A program made the translations under genes and the position numbers. From contig CAWCJN010000003.1 in assembly GCA_963795945.1 (NCBI GenBank), positions 71,539-135,538 on the forward strand: a stretch of 64,000 bases of DNA, written 5' to 3'. The notes under the pieces were generated by a model. That model was not told where the DNA came from and ran no database searches. It saw only the letters and a list, made by a program, of their open reading frames with translations. Source of the DNA: an uncultured Pseudomonadota bacterium (GTDB taxonomy: Bacteria > Desulfobacterota > Binatia > Binatales > Binataceae). The first letter of the stretch is position 1, and the number at the start of each line of letters is the position of its first letter. Of the stretch, positions 18,423-26,930 are shown piece by piece.

Positions 18423-19400
18423 ATGAAACACAAAGCGCTTGCGATCGATCTAGACGGAACTCTGCTCCATTCGGACGAGCGGGTGACCCCGCGCAGTCTG
18501 GACGCGCTCCGTGCGGCGGAAACTGCCGGTTTCAGAATTATTATCGCGACCGCTCGATGGCATCAGATGGCGGAACGGATAGCTCGCGAGATCGGCTCGC
18601 ACGAGCCGATCATCGCCTGTGCCGGCGCACAGGTGCGGCGTCCGACCGACAAACACGATCTGCTCGACTTGCGCATCCCGGAAGAGTTCGCGCAACGGCT
18701 TTACCAAATCGTCGATTCACGTCGCTGTATCGCGAGCATCGCGCTGGATGATGCCGTGCTGGTCAAGATGGACGGCAATCCTAATGTTTCGAGTTTTCCG
18801 GCTGAGTTGGTCTTGGTCAGTAAGCTCTCCGGTGCGGCTCACGTCTCTCCGCGGATCGCGTTGATTCAGGGCAGCGAAACCACCGCCCACGTAATCGAGC
18901 ATCTGGGCGAACAATGGAAAGACCGGGTGCGCTTCGTTGAATCGTTCTCCAGCCGACGAAAAAGCATGCTGACGCTTACTGCCGCGGGCGCCGACAAGGG
19001 CGCGGCGCTCTCAGTCGCCTGCGCCGATATGGGCATCTCGACTGGCGAGGTCGTCGCTTTCGGCGATGCCGAAGCGGATATCGAGATGTTTCGGGTGGCC
19101 GGAGCCTCGGTCGCGATGGGGCAGGCGTCCGATCATGTCAAGTCATTCGCTACCGCAGTCACCGCCAGTAACGATGAAGATGGAGTCGCACTCGCCATTG
19201 AGCGGCTACTGGAAACTGGAACCCTGATGCCGCTCGCCTCATGCTCCGGAACGCTAGGCAGAGGCGCCGTCGCTCGCGCCGCTCCCTTTCAGCCATTGTG
19301 CTATTCGCTGATAGATGCCGACTGGGTCGGGTGCAGCAAAGCTGTGTCCCGCATCGGGGATCATCATCAGTTCGGCATGGCGTATTTGCCCCTGAATTAA
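18423..19400 (+). CDS. Cof-type HAD-superfamily hydrolase (phosphatase); 3' end doubtful
   Basis: MKHKALAIDLDGTLL (DxD motif) after GGAGGGAG, and ..FGDAEADIEMF... The last roughly 60 codons are antisense to 19254..20087 and look non-coding. Confidence 0.7.
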   Translation: MKHKALAIDLDGTLLHSDERVTPRSLDALRAAETAGFRIIIATARWHQMAERIAREIGSHEPIIACAGAQVRRPTDKHDLLDLRIPEEFAQRLYQIVDSRRCIASIALDDAVLVKMDGNPNVSSFPAELVLVSKLSGAAHVSPRIALIQGSETTAHVIEHLGEQWKDRVRFVESFSSRRKSMLTLTAAGADKGAALSVACADMGISTGEVVAFGDAEADIEMFRVAGASVAMGQASDHVKSFATAVTASNDEDGVALAIERLLETGTLMPLASCSGTLGRGAVARAAPFQPLCYSLIDADWVGCSKAVSRIGDHHQFGMAYLPLN

Positions 19401-20087
19401 AGTGGCATTTTCCGCAAAAGTTAGAACGTCTTTATCACCGTGCACGATCAGAACTGGGCATTTGATCTGAGGCAGGCGATCATACGCGTCGAAGTTGAGC
19501 GCGCCGGCGCGCGTGCGCTCGAGAATCGCGCGCGACGGGGGCGGACCCATCTTCATCGCGGCCGTCATAAATTGCCTTAACTCCGGGTGCTTCGCAATGA
19601 AGTCCTCGGGAAAGAGCAGCGGCATGAATAAGTCCAGCGCCGCATCGAGGTTCTCTGATTGAACCAGTTCGAGCGCCTCAATCAGTTGGTCAATTACCGC
19701 ATCAGGCGGGCGCGGCGCATTGGGTCCGCCCGGAGTGGTGCATCCCAGCACAACTCTTTCGACCTGCTCCGGATGACGCAGCGTCAGTTCCTGCGCGATC
19801 ATTCCGCCCATCGAGACACCGAAGACTTTGGCCTTGTCGATGCCGAGTGCCTTAAGCAGGTTGCTCGCATCCTCGGCCATCTGCGGAATCGTATAGCCGT
19901 CCTCAGGCTTGTCGGAATTGCCGGTGCCGCGATTATCGAAGTAGATGCACTTGAAGCCAGGCAACAACGGCAGGATCGGCAGCCAAGCCGCACCTGGCGC
20001 TCCGAAACCCATGATTAACAGCAGCGGCTCACCCTCGCCATAGGTCTCGTAGCTTATTTCGATCTCGCCTGCATGAACTTTCGGCAT
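19254..20087 (-). CDS. Alpha/beta hydrolase (enol-lactonase / esterase-like)
   Basis: 277 aa, GVSMGG, with HGDKD and a C-terminal His. Confidence 0.7.
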   Translation of the reverse strand: MPKVHAGEIEISYETYGEGEPLLLIMGFGAPGAAWLPILPLLPGFKCIYFDNRGTGNSDKPEDGYTIPQMAEDASNLLKALGIDKAKVFGVSMGGMIAQELTLRHPEQVERVVLGCTTPGGPNAPRPPDAVIDQLIEALELVQSENLDAALDLFMPLLFPEDFIAKHPELRQFMTAAMKMGPPPSRAILERTRAGALNFDAYDRLPQIKCPVLIVHGDKDVLTFAENATLIQGQIRHAELMMIPDAGHSFAAPDPVGIYQRIAQWLKGSGASDGASA

Positions 20088-20263
20088 CTTTATTCAATCG
20101 TCCTTTCGTGATTAGTAAATCCGGCGCTGCGGCACGGTATTATCAGCCCGCGCCTTGTGAGAAGTTTACTCGAACTCCGCAGCGAAGAAAGCGAGGGACG
20201 CGGGCCGACTTCTTCCGCGCGGGTTGAACGCCGATCAACCAGACTGATCGCGCGTGATAATGG

Positions 20264-21283
20264 CTAATCCGCGACCGTCGCCAATTCGCGCATCGGCCGC
20301 GGCGCCCGCTTCTTGGACCGGATTTCGTCGCGCATTTGCTCCATGGTCTTGTGCATCAGATGAGTGGCTTCAGCCACTGTCGTATTGGGCGGAAAATAAA
20401 TTGGCGGTGCGATACGCGCCAAGGCCGGACCGGGCAGGGTTTCGGTCGAACCCTTAGGCCGCATCTCGCGCAGCCCATCCATCCAGATCGGCACTACCGG
20501 CAGATTCTTGGCTAGTGCGAGAATTGAGACGCCGTGGCGGAACTGACCGAATTTGCCAGTGGTGGTGCGGGTTCCTTCCGGGAAGATTACTAGCGACCAG
20601 CCCTTATCGATTAGTTCCTCGGCGTAGCTCAGCGCTCCCCGGCCGCCGCCGCGTTGCACCGGAAAAACATTCATCGTCAGCGTCATATACCACGGCTGTC
20701 TTTTGAGGCCCTTACGACCCTTGAGGAACCAGCGATCGGCTGCTCCCCCCCAGGCAGTTCGCAAGCGAAAGCGCTCGGGCAACGCTTGGAAAAGCACGAA
20801 GAAATCCATGTGACTGGAGTGATTGCCGATAAAGATGGCCGGTCCCTTGAAGCCTTTGAGGTTTTCGCGCCCTTCAATGACCAGAGGCTTGCAATACTTC
20901 CGCACCATGCGCGTCATCGTGTTGTACCGCAGTAGCCTTCGAACGATCTGCGCCCACCAGCTCGTCTGCCATCTAAACGGGCCCACGGTCTCAGTGGTCT
21001 GACTCAGCAACCGGGTAAAAAGATCAAGGTCGATTGCTGGATAGATATCAGTGTGAACCCGCCCACTGCTCTGCCGTTCGACCGCCAATCGAAATGCCCC
21101 GACGTTATTCGGCGCCTCGATCACGGTTAGAAAACTCAGATTGCCCGGCAGCGCATAGCGATGAACGATTTTCGCATCGACCGCCTCGATTTCACGACGC
21201 ACCTCGTCGAGGCGATTAGGATTTTTCTTTAGATGATGGAGGCCCTCAGTATTCGGTCGGCTGAGCATGACGTACAGCGGCAT
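20264..21283 (-). CDS. GYD-domain fused to a PlsC-type lysophospholipid acyltransferase
   Basis: The N-terminal roughly 95 aa, MPLYVMLSRPNTEGLHHLKKNPNRLDEVRREIEAVDAKIVHRYALPGNLSFLTVIEAPN, parallels the stand-alone GYD protein upstream. The C-terminal part carries the NHSSHMD (HX4D) and FPEGTRT motifs. Confidence 0.75.
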   Translation of the reverse strand: MPLYVMLSRPNTEGLHHLKKNPNRLDEVRREIEAVDAKIVHRYALPGNLSFLTVIEAPNNVGAFRLAVERQSSGRVHTDIYPAIDLDLFTRLLSQTTETVGPFRWQTSWWAQIVRRLLRYNTMTRMVRKYCKPLVIEGRENLKGFKGPAIFIGNHSSHMDFFVLFQALPERFRLRTAWGGAADRWFLKGRKGLKRQPWYMTLTMNVFPVQRGGGRGALSYAEELIDKGWSLVIFPEGTRTTTGKFGQFRHGVSILALAKNLPVVPIWMDGLREMRPKGSTETLPGPALARIAPPIYFPPNTTVAEATHLMHKTMEQMRDEIRSKKRAPRPMRELATVAD

Positions 21284-21368
21284 GGCGGCACCTACATTAC
21301 GCCAATCGGTCGCGCCTTGGGCCGATTGGCGACTGGAGTTTGCGATACTTCCTGAGCCAGATTTCCCT

Positions 21369-21668
21369 CTAGCGCGGCGCGCTGTCCTTTATCATCTGAG
21401 CGAAAGAGTCAATCGTCATCGCCGGCAAAGTCGTGAGCTGGACCGTTCCGCGTGAGCCTAGTTCGACTGAGATGCGGGCAATCACTTCGTTGCTCGGAGC
21501 CTCTACAATATTGACGAAATCATAGTCTCCCAAGACAGCGTACTGGGTGATTACGCGGGCGCCCATTTTCTCGATTTCCTGATTTACCTCCTTGAGCCGC
21601 TCCGGTCTCTCCTTGAGAGTTTTGCGTCCCTCATCCGTTAACGTGCTGAGCATGATATAGATAGCCAC
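21369..21668 (-). CDS. GYD-domain protein
   Basis: I prefer the GTG start, giving (M)AIYIMLSTLTDEGRKTLKERPERLKEVNQEIEKMGARVITQYAVLGDYDFVNIVEAP after GGGGG. The ORF track entry is 21369..21695. Confidence 0.65.
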   Translation of the reverse strand: MAIYIMLSTLTDEGRKTLKERPERLKEVNQEIEKMGARVITQYAVLGDYDFVNIVEAPSNEVIARISVELGSRGTVQLTTLPAMTIDSFAQMIKDSAPR

Positions 21669-21754
21669 CAGAGTTACCCCCTTTCGAAGGTGCACGAATA
21701 ATATCGCTGATTTGGTTTTTTTGTAAACTCTGGAGCGATAAGCGAGGTAAAACC

Positions 21755-22771
21755 ATGAAGGCGGCAGTTTGGAACGAGCGAGGCGCCCTGGATGTGGTCG
21801 AACGACCAGTCCCTGAACCGAAGCCAGGGTGGGTCAGGGTGAAAGTCGCAGCAGTCGGCATTTGCGGCACGGACCTGCATTTCTATCGTGGTGCGTTTCC
21901 CCCACCAGCCGGTTTGCTGCCTGGTCATGAGTTCGGCGGCACGATCGACGCGGTCGGTGGCGATGTCAAGCTGCCGCTCGCCGCAGCAGTCGCGATCGAA
22001 CCGCAAACCTACTGCGGCGAGTGCTATCAATGCCGCACGGGTAATCACAATCGCTGTAGCAAAAAAATTTTGCTGGGCGTTACCGGTCGCGGCGGATGCG
22101 CCGAGTTCGCAACCGTTCCGGCCTATGGCGTCTATTTACTCCCGGAAGGGATATCGGCCGCCGCCGGCGCCTTGGCCGAACCACTCGCCGTATGCGTGCG
22201 CGGTATCCGTCGCGGCCGAATCGAACCCGGCCAGCGGGTCGCCATCTTGGGCGCCGGAACAATCGGTTTAATGAGCATCATCACGGCGCGCGCCGCGGGG
22301 GCGAGCCAGATTCTCGTCTGCGCCCGCCATTCGCATCAACAGGAGGCGGCGAGGACCCTCGGAGCCGACGCGGTATTCGATACGGTCGAGGCTTTGAGTG
22401 CAAGCTTGGGCGATTCGGCGATCGATTGCGTGATTGAAACAGTGGGCGGCCGGGCTTCGACTCTCATGGACGCGGTGCGGCTGATTCGTCCCGGCGGAAT
22501 CGTTCTGATGCTTGGAGTTTTTGATGGCGCGAGCCAGATTCCAGCTCTCGACTGTTCCACGAAAGAAGTTGTATTAATCGGATCGAACTGTTATGCGCGC
22601 AACGGCTCGCGCACCGATTTCGACATCGCGATCGACCTGCTTCACCGCAACCTGAAGCCGCTTACCTCGTTGGTGACTCATCACTTCGCGCTTAATCAGG
22701 TAAACCAGGCCTTCGAGGCCGCGGTGAATAAGGATCGCGGCTCAATCAAAGTGCACATTACGCCTTCTTAG
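21755..22771 (+). CDS. Zn-dependent medium-chain alcohol/polyol dehydrogenase
   Basis: GHEFGG, structural-Zn cysteines CGECYQCRTGNHNRC, and GAGTIGL. Confidence 0.85.
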   Translation: MKAAVWNERGALDVVERPVPEPKPGWVRVKVAAVGICGTDLHFYRGAFPPPAGLLPGHEFGGTIDAVGGDVKLPLAAAVAIEPQTYCGECYQCRTGNHNRCSKKILLGVTGRGGCAEFATVPAYGVYLLPEGISAAAGALAEPLAVCVRGIRRGRIEPGQRVAILGAGTIGLMSIITARAAGASQILVCARHSHQQEAARTLGADAVFDTVEALSASLGDSAIDCVIETVGGRASTLMDAVRLIRPGGIVLMLGVFDGASQIPALDCSTKEVVLIGSNCYARNGSRTDFDIAIDLLHRNLKPLTSLVTHHFALNQVNQAFEAAVNKDRGSIKVHITPS

Positions 22772-22835
22772 ATCGTAACAATCTGAGTTACTTTCGGCTG
22801 TCATCGTATAGGGAATGCAAGCAGGAGGAGAGGCA

Positions 22836-23324
22836 ATGGTTCACGTATTTCGCTCGATCCTTGTTCCAATTGATTTCGATGACCCGTCACTCTTGGCTTT
22901 AGGCTTTGCTAAACAACTTGCGGCCGATCAAGATGCGATACTGCATCTTTTGCATGTTGCGACGATACTTCCGGCGTTCGGAGACTCCGATGTCGCCGAG
23001 GACGAGCACTCGCCCGGGGAAGAAAAGGCTCGTGCGATGCTCAACGAGGTCACTAAGCAACGGCATCTAACTGGCGTAAACTATCAAATTCACACGGCTT
23101 CCGCCGGACCACGGGCTCTGGCTAAAGCGATCGTCCGGGTTGCGGCGGAGGTTAATGCCGACGTAATCATACTGAAAACCAGCGGCCGCAAAGGGCTGTC
23201 ACGGTTTATCTTAGGCAATGTGGCCGAGGAAGTGGTGCGTACGGCGCCATGTCCAGTTTTGACCCTCAGTCCAGAAGGACAGGAAAAGATTAGAAATCTT
23301 GGGCTATCGCCAGGACGGGAGTAG
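22836..23324 (+). CDS. Universal stress protein (UspA family)
   Basis: MVHVFRSILVPIDFDD... after AGGAGGAG. The C-terminus reads GSVAEEVVRTAPCPVLTL-like (GNVAEEVVRTAPCPVLTL). Confidence 0.8.
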   Translation: MVHVFRSILVPIDFDDPSLLALGFAKQLAADQDAILHLLHVATILPAFGDSDVAEDEHSPGEEKARAMLNEVTKQRHLTGVNYQIHTASAGPRALAKAIVRVAAEVNADVIILKTSGRKGLSRFILGNVAEEVVRTAPCPVLTLSPEGQEKIRNLGLSPGRE

Positions 23325-23419
23325 TCAGCCGCTAGATCGCTCAATGCGGGCGCATGGGCCGCGTTTCTCGCGTCCTGGCCAATAGCAGTTCAGGACCCGT
23401 CAAAACCGGCCTTCAGCGC

Positions 23420-23980
23420 TCACAAAACCAAGCTCATTACGAGCAGGTCGTGAGTTTCGCCCGAGCGATCAACCACCCAGTCTTCGAGCGTTGCCTCTAC
23501 GCTGAAGCCGAGCGCCTCGAACGACGTCCTCGCACTGATCTGCTCGCGGGTCATCATAGCGGCCATTTTTTTCAGTTCCAGGTCCTGACCGAGGCGGAAG
23601 ATCTCACCAACCAAACGCTTGCCCAGCCCAACTCCGCGATAGTCCATCCCTACCTGCACGCGAACTTCACCCACGCGACGTGTCCATCGCGCACCATCCG
23701 TATGCAGGCTCGCATAACCCACCACATCGCTGTCTTGCGCGGCCAGCACCGTGGTGGTTCTGCCCGCCTCAATATTCCGTATCCACTCATCAATAGTTGC
23801 AGGTTCGGTAATATCGGTGCGGAGAAAGAGCAGATCATCCGATGGGAGCGAGCCGGCAAAATTTAGGACTCTTTGCTTATCCCCCGCCTCCATTAGACGG
23901 AGCGAGACGGTGCGTCCGTCTTTCGTTGTGACTTCTCTTGGGTAAATAAGACTAGCTTCGAGCTTATTTATTTTAGCCAT
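23420..23980 (-). CDS. GNAT-family acetyltransferase (paralog G3)
   Basis: SDDLLFLRTDITEPATIDEWIRNIEAGRTTTVLA...GYASLH..ARWTRRVGEVRV...RGVGLG. The start follows GAAGGAGGGAG. Confidence 0.75.
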   Translation of the reverse strand: MAKINKLEASLIYPREVTTKDGRTVSLRLMEAGDKQRVLNFAGSLPSDDLLFLRTDITEPATIDEWIRNIEAGRTTTVLAAQDSDVVGYASLHTDGARWTRRVGEVRVQVGMDYRGVGLGKRLVGEIFRLGQDLELKKMAAMMTREQISARTSFEALGFSVEATLEDWVVDRSGETHDLLVMSLVL

Positions 23981-24466
23981 GGGCTCCCTCCTTCGTAAAC
24001 ATCGGCAAACTATTACGATTTTAACCGTAGAGCTCAGTCATGTCGGCAGGATTTTCCCAATCTAGCCGCTGCTCGCTCATTTTGGAACCTAACTCGGTGC
24101 TCGAAATCGTCGCCAGTCACGCTTCTCTGTCGCTTGACTTGAGGCGGGCGAATGCATCGAGCATAACAGATCATGTCGGTGACGCCCAATCATGAACAAG
24201 AACCTGCATTTTTCTTGATTCCAGCTGTTTCTAACTTGCGCAATCATAGCTGATTGAGATTCTTCTCCTCGAGCAAAACTCTGCTTTTTCGGTCGAGAAC
24301 GGCTGCCGGATTAACCTTGCACTTTCGGTCGAAAGCGGGTAGCAACAGCGGAACCTTTGAATGAATGATTCGTTCACTACTGATCACGAGGACCACCCAT
24401 CGTAGATTTGCTACAAAAGAATTGATCGATGCGCAAAGGGAAGTTTGGAGCCGCTAGGAAAAAAGA

Positions 24467-25222
24467 ATGAGCCGTGACAACAACCTCAATTTCTTCAGCC
24501 TGATCGGGGAATTATGTGCTTTCGGCGAGTTCGCTAGATTCGTCGGCGGTAGTTGGACGTCGCCGCTGGTACCACGCGCTCCACGGCCCCGGGCGATCCT
24601 CTTGATTCCCGGCTTCTTGGCCGGCGATGTTACCCTTTATCCTTTTGCGAATTGGCTGCGTTCCCGCGGCCATAAGGTTTATTTCTCCGGCATTCTGGCT
24701 AATATCGATTGCCCGCGCCAAACAATACGTCGGCTTTCCCGGATTCTTCAAAATTCCTTTGATCGTTTTGGTGAAAAGCTGATCATTATCGGCCATAGTT
24801 TGGGTGGCGTTTATGCGCGTGAATTGGCGCGCCGGAAACCTGAGTGTGTCGCGCAGACGATTTTGCTGGGAGCGCCGATTCTGAGACCGGATCAGCACTC
24901 CAATCCTTTCGTAAAAATGCTCGCGTCACTCGGCATGGGGGTGCATCAATCGACGCGAGGATGTGTTTGCGAATTTGACAATATCTGCGGAATCAACGCC
25001 GCATCCCCGCCGCCGGGCGTACCTGAAGCAATCATTTTTTCCAAGTCTGATAGCGTGGTTGACTGGAGGGGTTGTGTGGAATTCGCGCCTAGCGTACGAA
25101 GCTTCGAAGTTAATTCCACGCACCTGGGGCTTCCCTACAATCTGGAGACCTTGCGTCTCCTGCATTTCCTGATGGAGATCAGCGCGGACCACACTGACAG
25201 TGCCGTTGCGCTGGCATTTTGA
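24467..25222 (+). CDS. Lipase-like alpha/beta hydrolase (paralog H3) with a Cys-rich insertion
   Basis: AILLIPGFLAGDVTLYPFANWLRSRGH, GHSLGG, and the insertion RGCVCEFDNICG. Confidence 0.7.
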   Translation: MSRDNNLNFFSLIGELCAFGEFARFVGGSWTSPLVPRAPRPRAILLIPGFLAGDVTLYPFANWLRSRGHKVYFSGILANIDCPRQTIRRLSRILQNSFDRFGEKLIIIGHSLGGVYARELARRKPECVAQTILLGAPILRPDQHSNPFVKMLASLGMGVHQSTRGCVCEFDNICGINAASPPPGVPEAIIFSKSDSVVDWRGCVEFAPSVRSFEVNSTHLGLPYNLETLRLLHFLMEISADHTDSAVALAF

Positions 25223-25314
25223 GGTGACTTATTGGACTGGCAATTGATTAGCCGAATCTAAAACCTGAAAAGGTTCGATGGTAGTGTAAATCTTGATTGT
25301 CATCGGTGGCCGGA

Positions 25315-25695
25315 TCAAGGAGTAATCCGCCAAAGATTGCGCGCGGCGGAAGCTGAACATTCAACGACCTGTTGCGCGATCGAGATCTGCGCGTTGAACA
25401 ATGGCGCGAGCCCAGTTTTTCTGATCCAGTTCATGCTTTCTTGATGCAACTCGATAGCTTGATTAGCCAGTTTCTCATTGGCCTCGATGAACCAAGCGGC
25501 CACTTTCTTCGCGCAGAGCAGACCGCAGACTGATTCCTCGAGTTTAGCCAGCGACTCAAATATTTTTTCGCTGTCTGCATTGCTTAACTGCTGGGCTGTT
25601 GCGGACGCTACGCGTTGAGAATTGGAAGGCGTCTCGGAGTGGCCGCCCAGATAAACATCAACTCCCCGGCCTTTAGTGCGCGATCGTTTGCTCAT
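25315..25695 (-). CDS. Small helical protein, paralog A (possible phasin-like / ParA partner), with a basic N-terminal tail
   Basis: MSKRSRTKGRG... then ..KKVAAWFIEANEKLANQAIELHQESMNWIRKTGLAPLFNAQISIAQQVVECSASAARNLW, paralogous to 26628..26930. It starts 33 nt downstream of the parA stop. I did not recognise the family with confidence. Confidence 0.6.
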   Translation of the reverse strand: MSKRSRTKGRGVDVYLGGHSETPSNSQRVASATAQQLSNADSEKIFESLAKLEESVCGLLCAKKVAAWFIEANEKLANQAIELHQESMNWIRKTGLAPLFNAQISIAQQVVECSASAARNLWRITP

Positions 25696-25728
25696 AATCG
25701 TGTGCTCCACTGATTGATCTATTAATAA

Positions 25729-26495
25729 TCAGATAGATAACTCCTTGGCTAGTTCACGGTAAGCCTCGGCGGCGTCGGATCTATGCGCATATATGAGAAT
25801 AGACTCACCGACTGCAGCGGCGTCTGCGAATCGCACAGTACGTTTAATATATGTCTGAAGAACCTCATTGGGAGCCACACGGGCAATCTCTTCAAAGATC
25901 TCACGCCCATGAACGGTGCGGCTGTCATAGAGGGTGCGAAGGATGCGCACCCGGAGCCTCGGGTTGGCCTTGCGGCGGACTTTGTTCACGATGGTTTGGA
26001 GTTGTTTCAAGGCGAGATATTCGCATTGCAGCGGTACGATGAGACTATCTGCTGCGACTAAGGCATTGGTGGTTAAGATTCCCAAAGAAGGCGGGCAGTC
26101 GAGCACCACGAGGTCGTATTCGTCCGCGCACGGAGCAAGCGCATCCTTGAGGGTGCGCTCCCACGCCACTTCGCCAATAAGCTCGGCTTCGGTCCCGGCA
26201 AGGTCAAGATTCGCAGGGATGAGCGTGACATTCGGTATCTTGGTGCTGCAAGCGACCGGTATCTTGGTGCTGCAAGCGACGGATTTAAGATCAAGTCCAT
26301 CGGTAAAAACATGATAAACAGTTGTTTCAAAGATTGCCGGATCAAAGCCGAGACTAGTAGTAAGACCGGCCTGCGGATCGAGGCCCACGAGAAGTACGCG
26401 CTTGTCCTGTTCAGCGAAAGCCGCTGCAAGCGCGACGCTACTCGTGGTCTTTCCTACACCCCCTTTTGGTTCGCAAACGCGAAAATACGGGCCAT
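25729..26495 (-). CDS. ParA/Soj/MinD-superfamily ATPase with a frame break inside the Walker A codons (5-nt homopolymer at 26459-26463)
   Basis: My own translation from ATG at 26495 gives MARIFAFANQKG(V*). After adding one G it continues GGVGKTTSSVALAAAFAEQDKRVLLVGLDPQAGL, which is the frame of ORF 25729..26613. Later motifs include VVLDCPPSLG. Confidence 0.8.
26233..26280. repeat. Perfect 24-bp in-frame tandem duplication inside parA
   Basis: CGGTATCTTGGTGCTGCAAGCGAC occurs twice, encoding the duplicated VACSTKIP just before the NVTLIPANLDLAG segment. Confidence 0.95.
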
Positions 26496-26627
26496 TGGAT
26501 CCGGAACATTCCTCGGAGAGGAACGACCTCGAGATTGGAATCAGAAGGCTAGTACCATCACATTGCAGAAGCATCAAAGCAAGCCGCGAAACTTCTACGG
26601 GCTTGCCACCCAAGCTTCTTAGGAGAC

Positions 26628-26930
26628 TTACGCATTATAATCGCGCCCATGATTCGGTTGTGGAATCTGCCACAAATTTCGCGCCGCAGTCACCGAGCGC
26701 TCGACCAATTTCCGCGCAATCGAGGTTTGTGCCTCGATCATGGGTGCTAACGGAGTATCCTTCGCCCACCCTGTGCTTTTCTCCTGTAGCTCAATGCCTT
26801 GATTGGCGAGTTTCTCAGCGATATCAATGTACCATTCGGCCGCTTTTTTCACTCCGTCCAGGCTGAAGATGGACTCCCCAAGCTTGGTGAACGACTCCAC
26901 GACATTTTCACTGTTGGATTTTTCTGACAT
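26628..26930 (-). CDS. Small helical protein, paralog B (possible phasin-like)
   Basis: 100 aa: ..VKKAAEWYIDIAEKLANQGIELQEKSTGWAKDTPLAPMIEAQTSIARKLVERSVTAARNLW. It is the first gene of the parA operon. Confidence 0.6.
   Translation of the reverse strand: MSEKSNSENVVESFTKLGESIFSLDGVKKAAEWYIDIAEKLANQGIELQEKSTGWAKDTPLAPMIEAQTSIARKLVERSVTAARNLWQIPQPNHGRDYNA

Noticed and set aside
26496-26613. N-terminal extension of the ParA ORF given in the track (MGGKPVEVSRLALMLLQCDG...)
   Set aside because: It has no similarity to ParA N-termini. A canonical MARIFAFANQKGG start exists in the adjacent frame and joins at a homopolymer.
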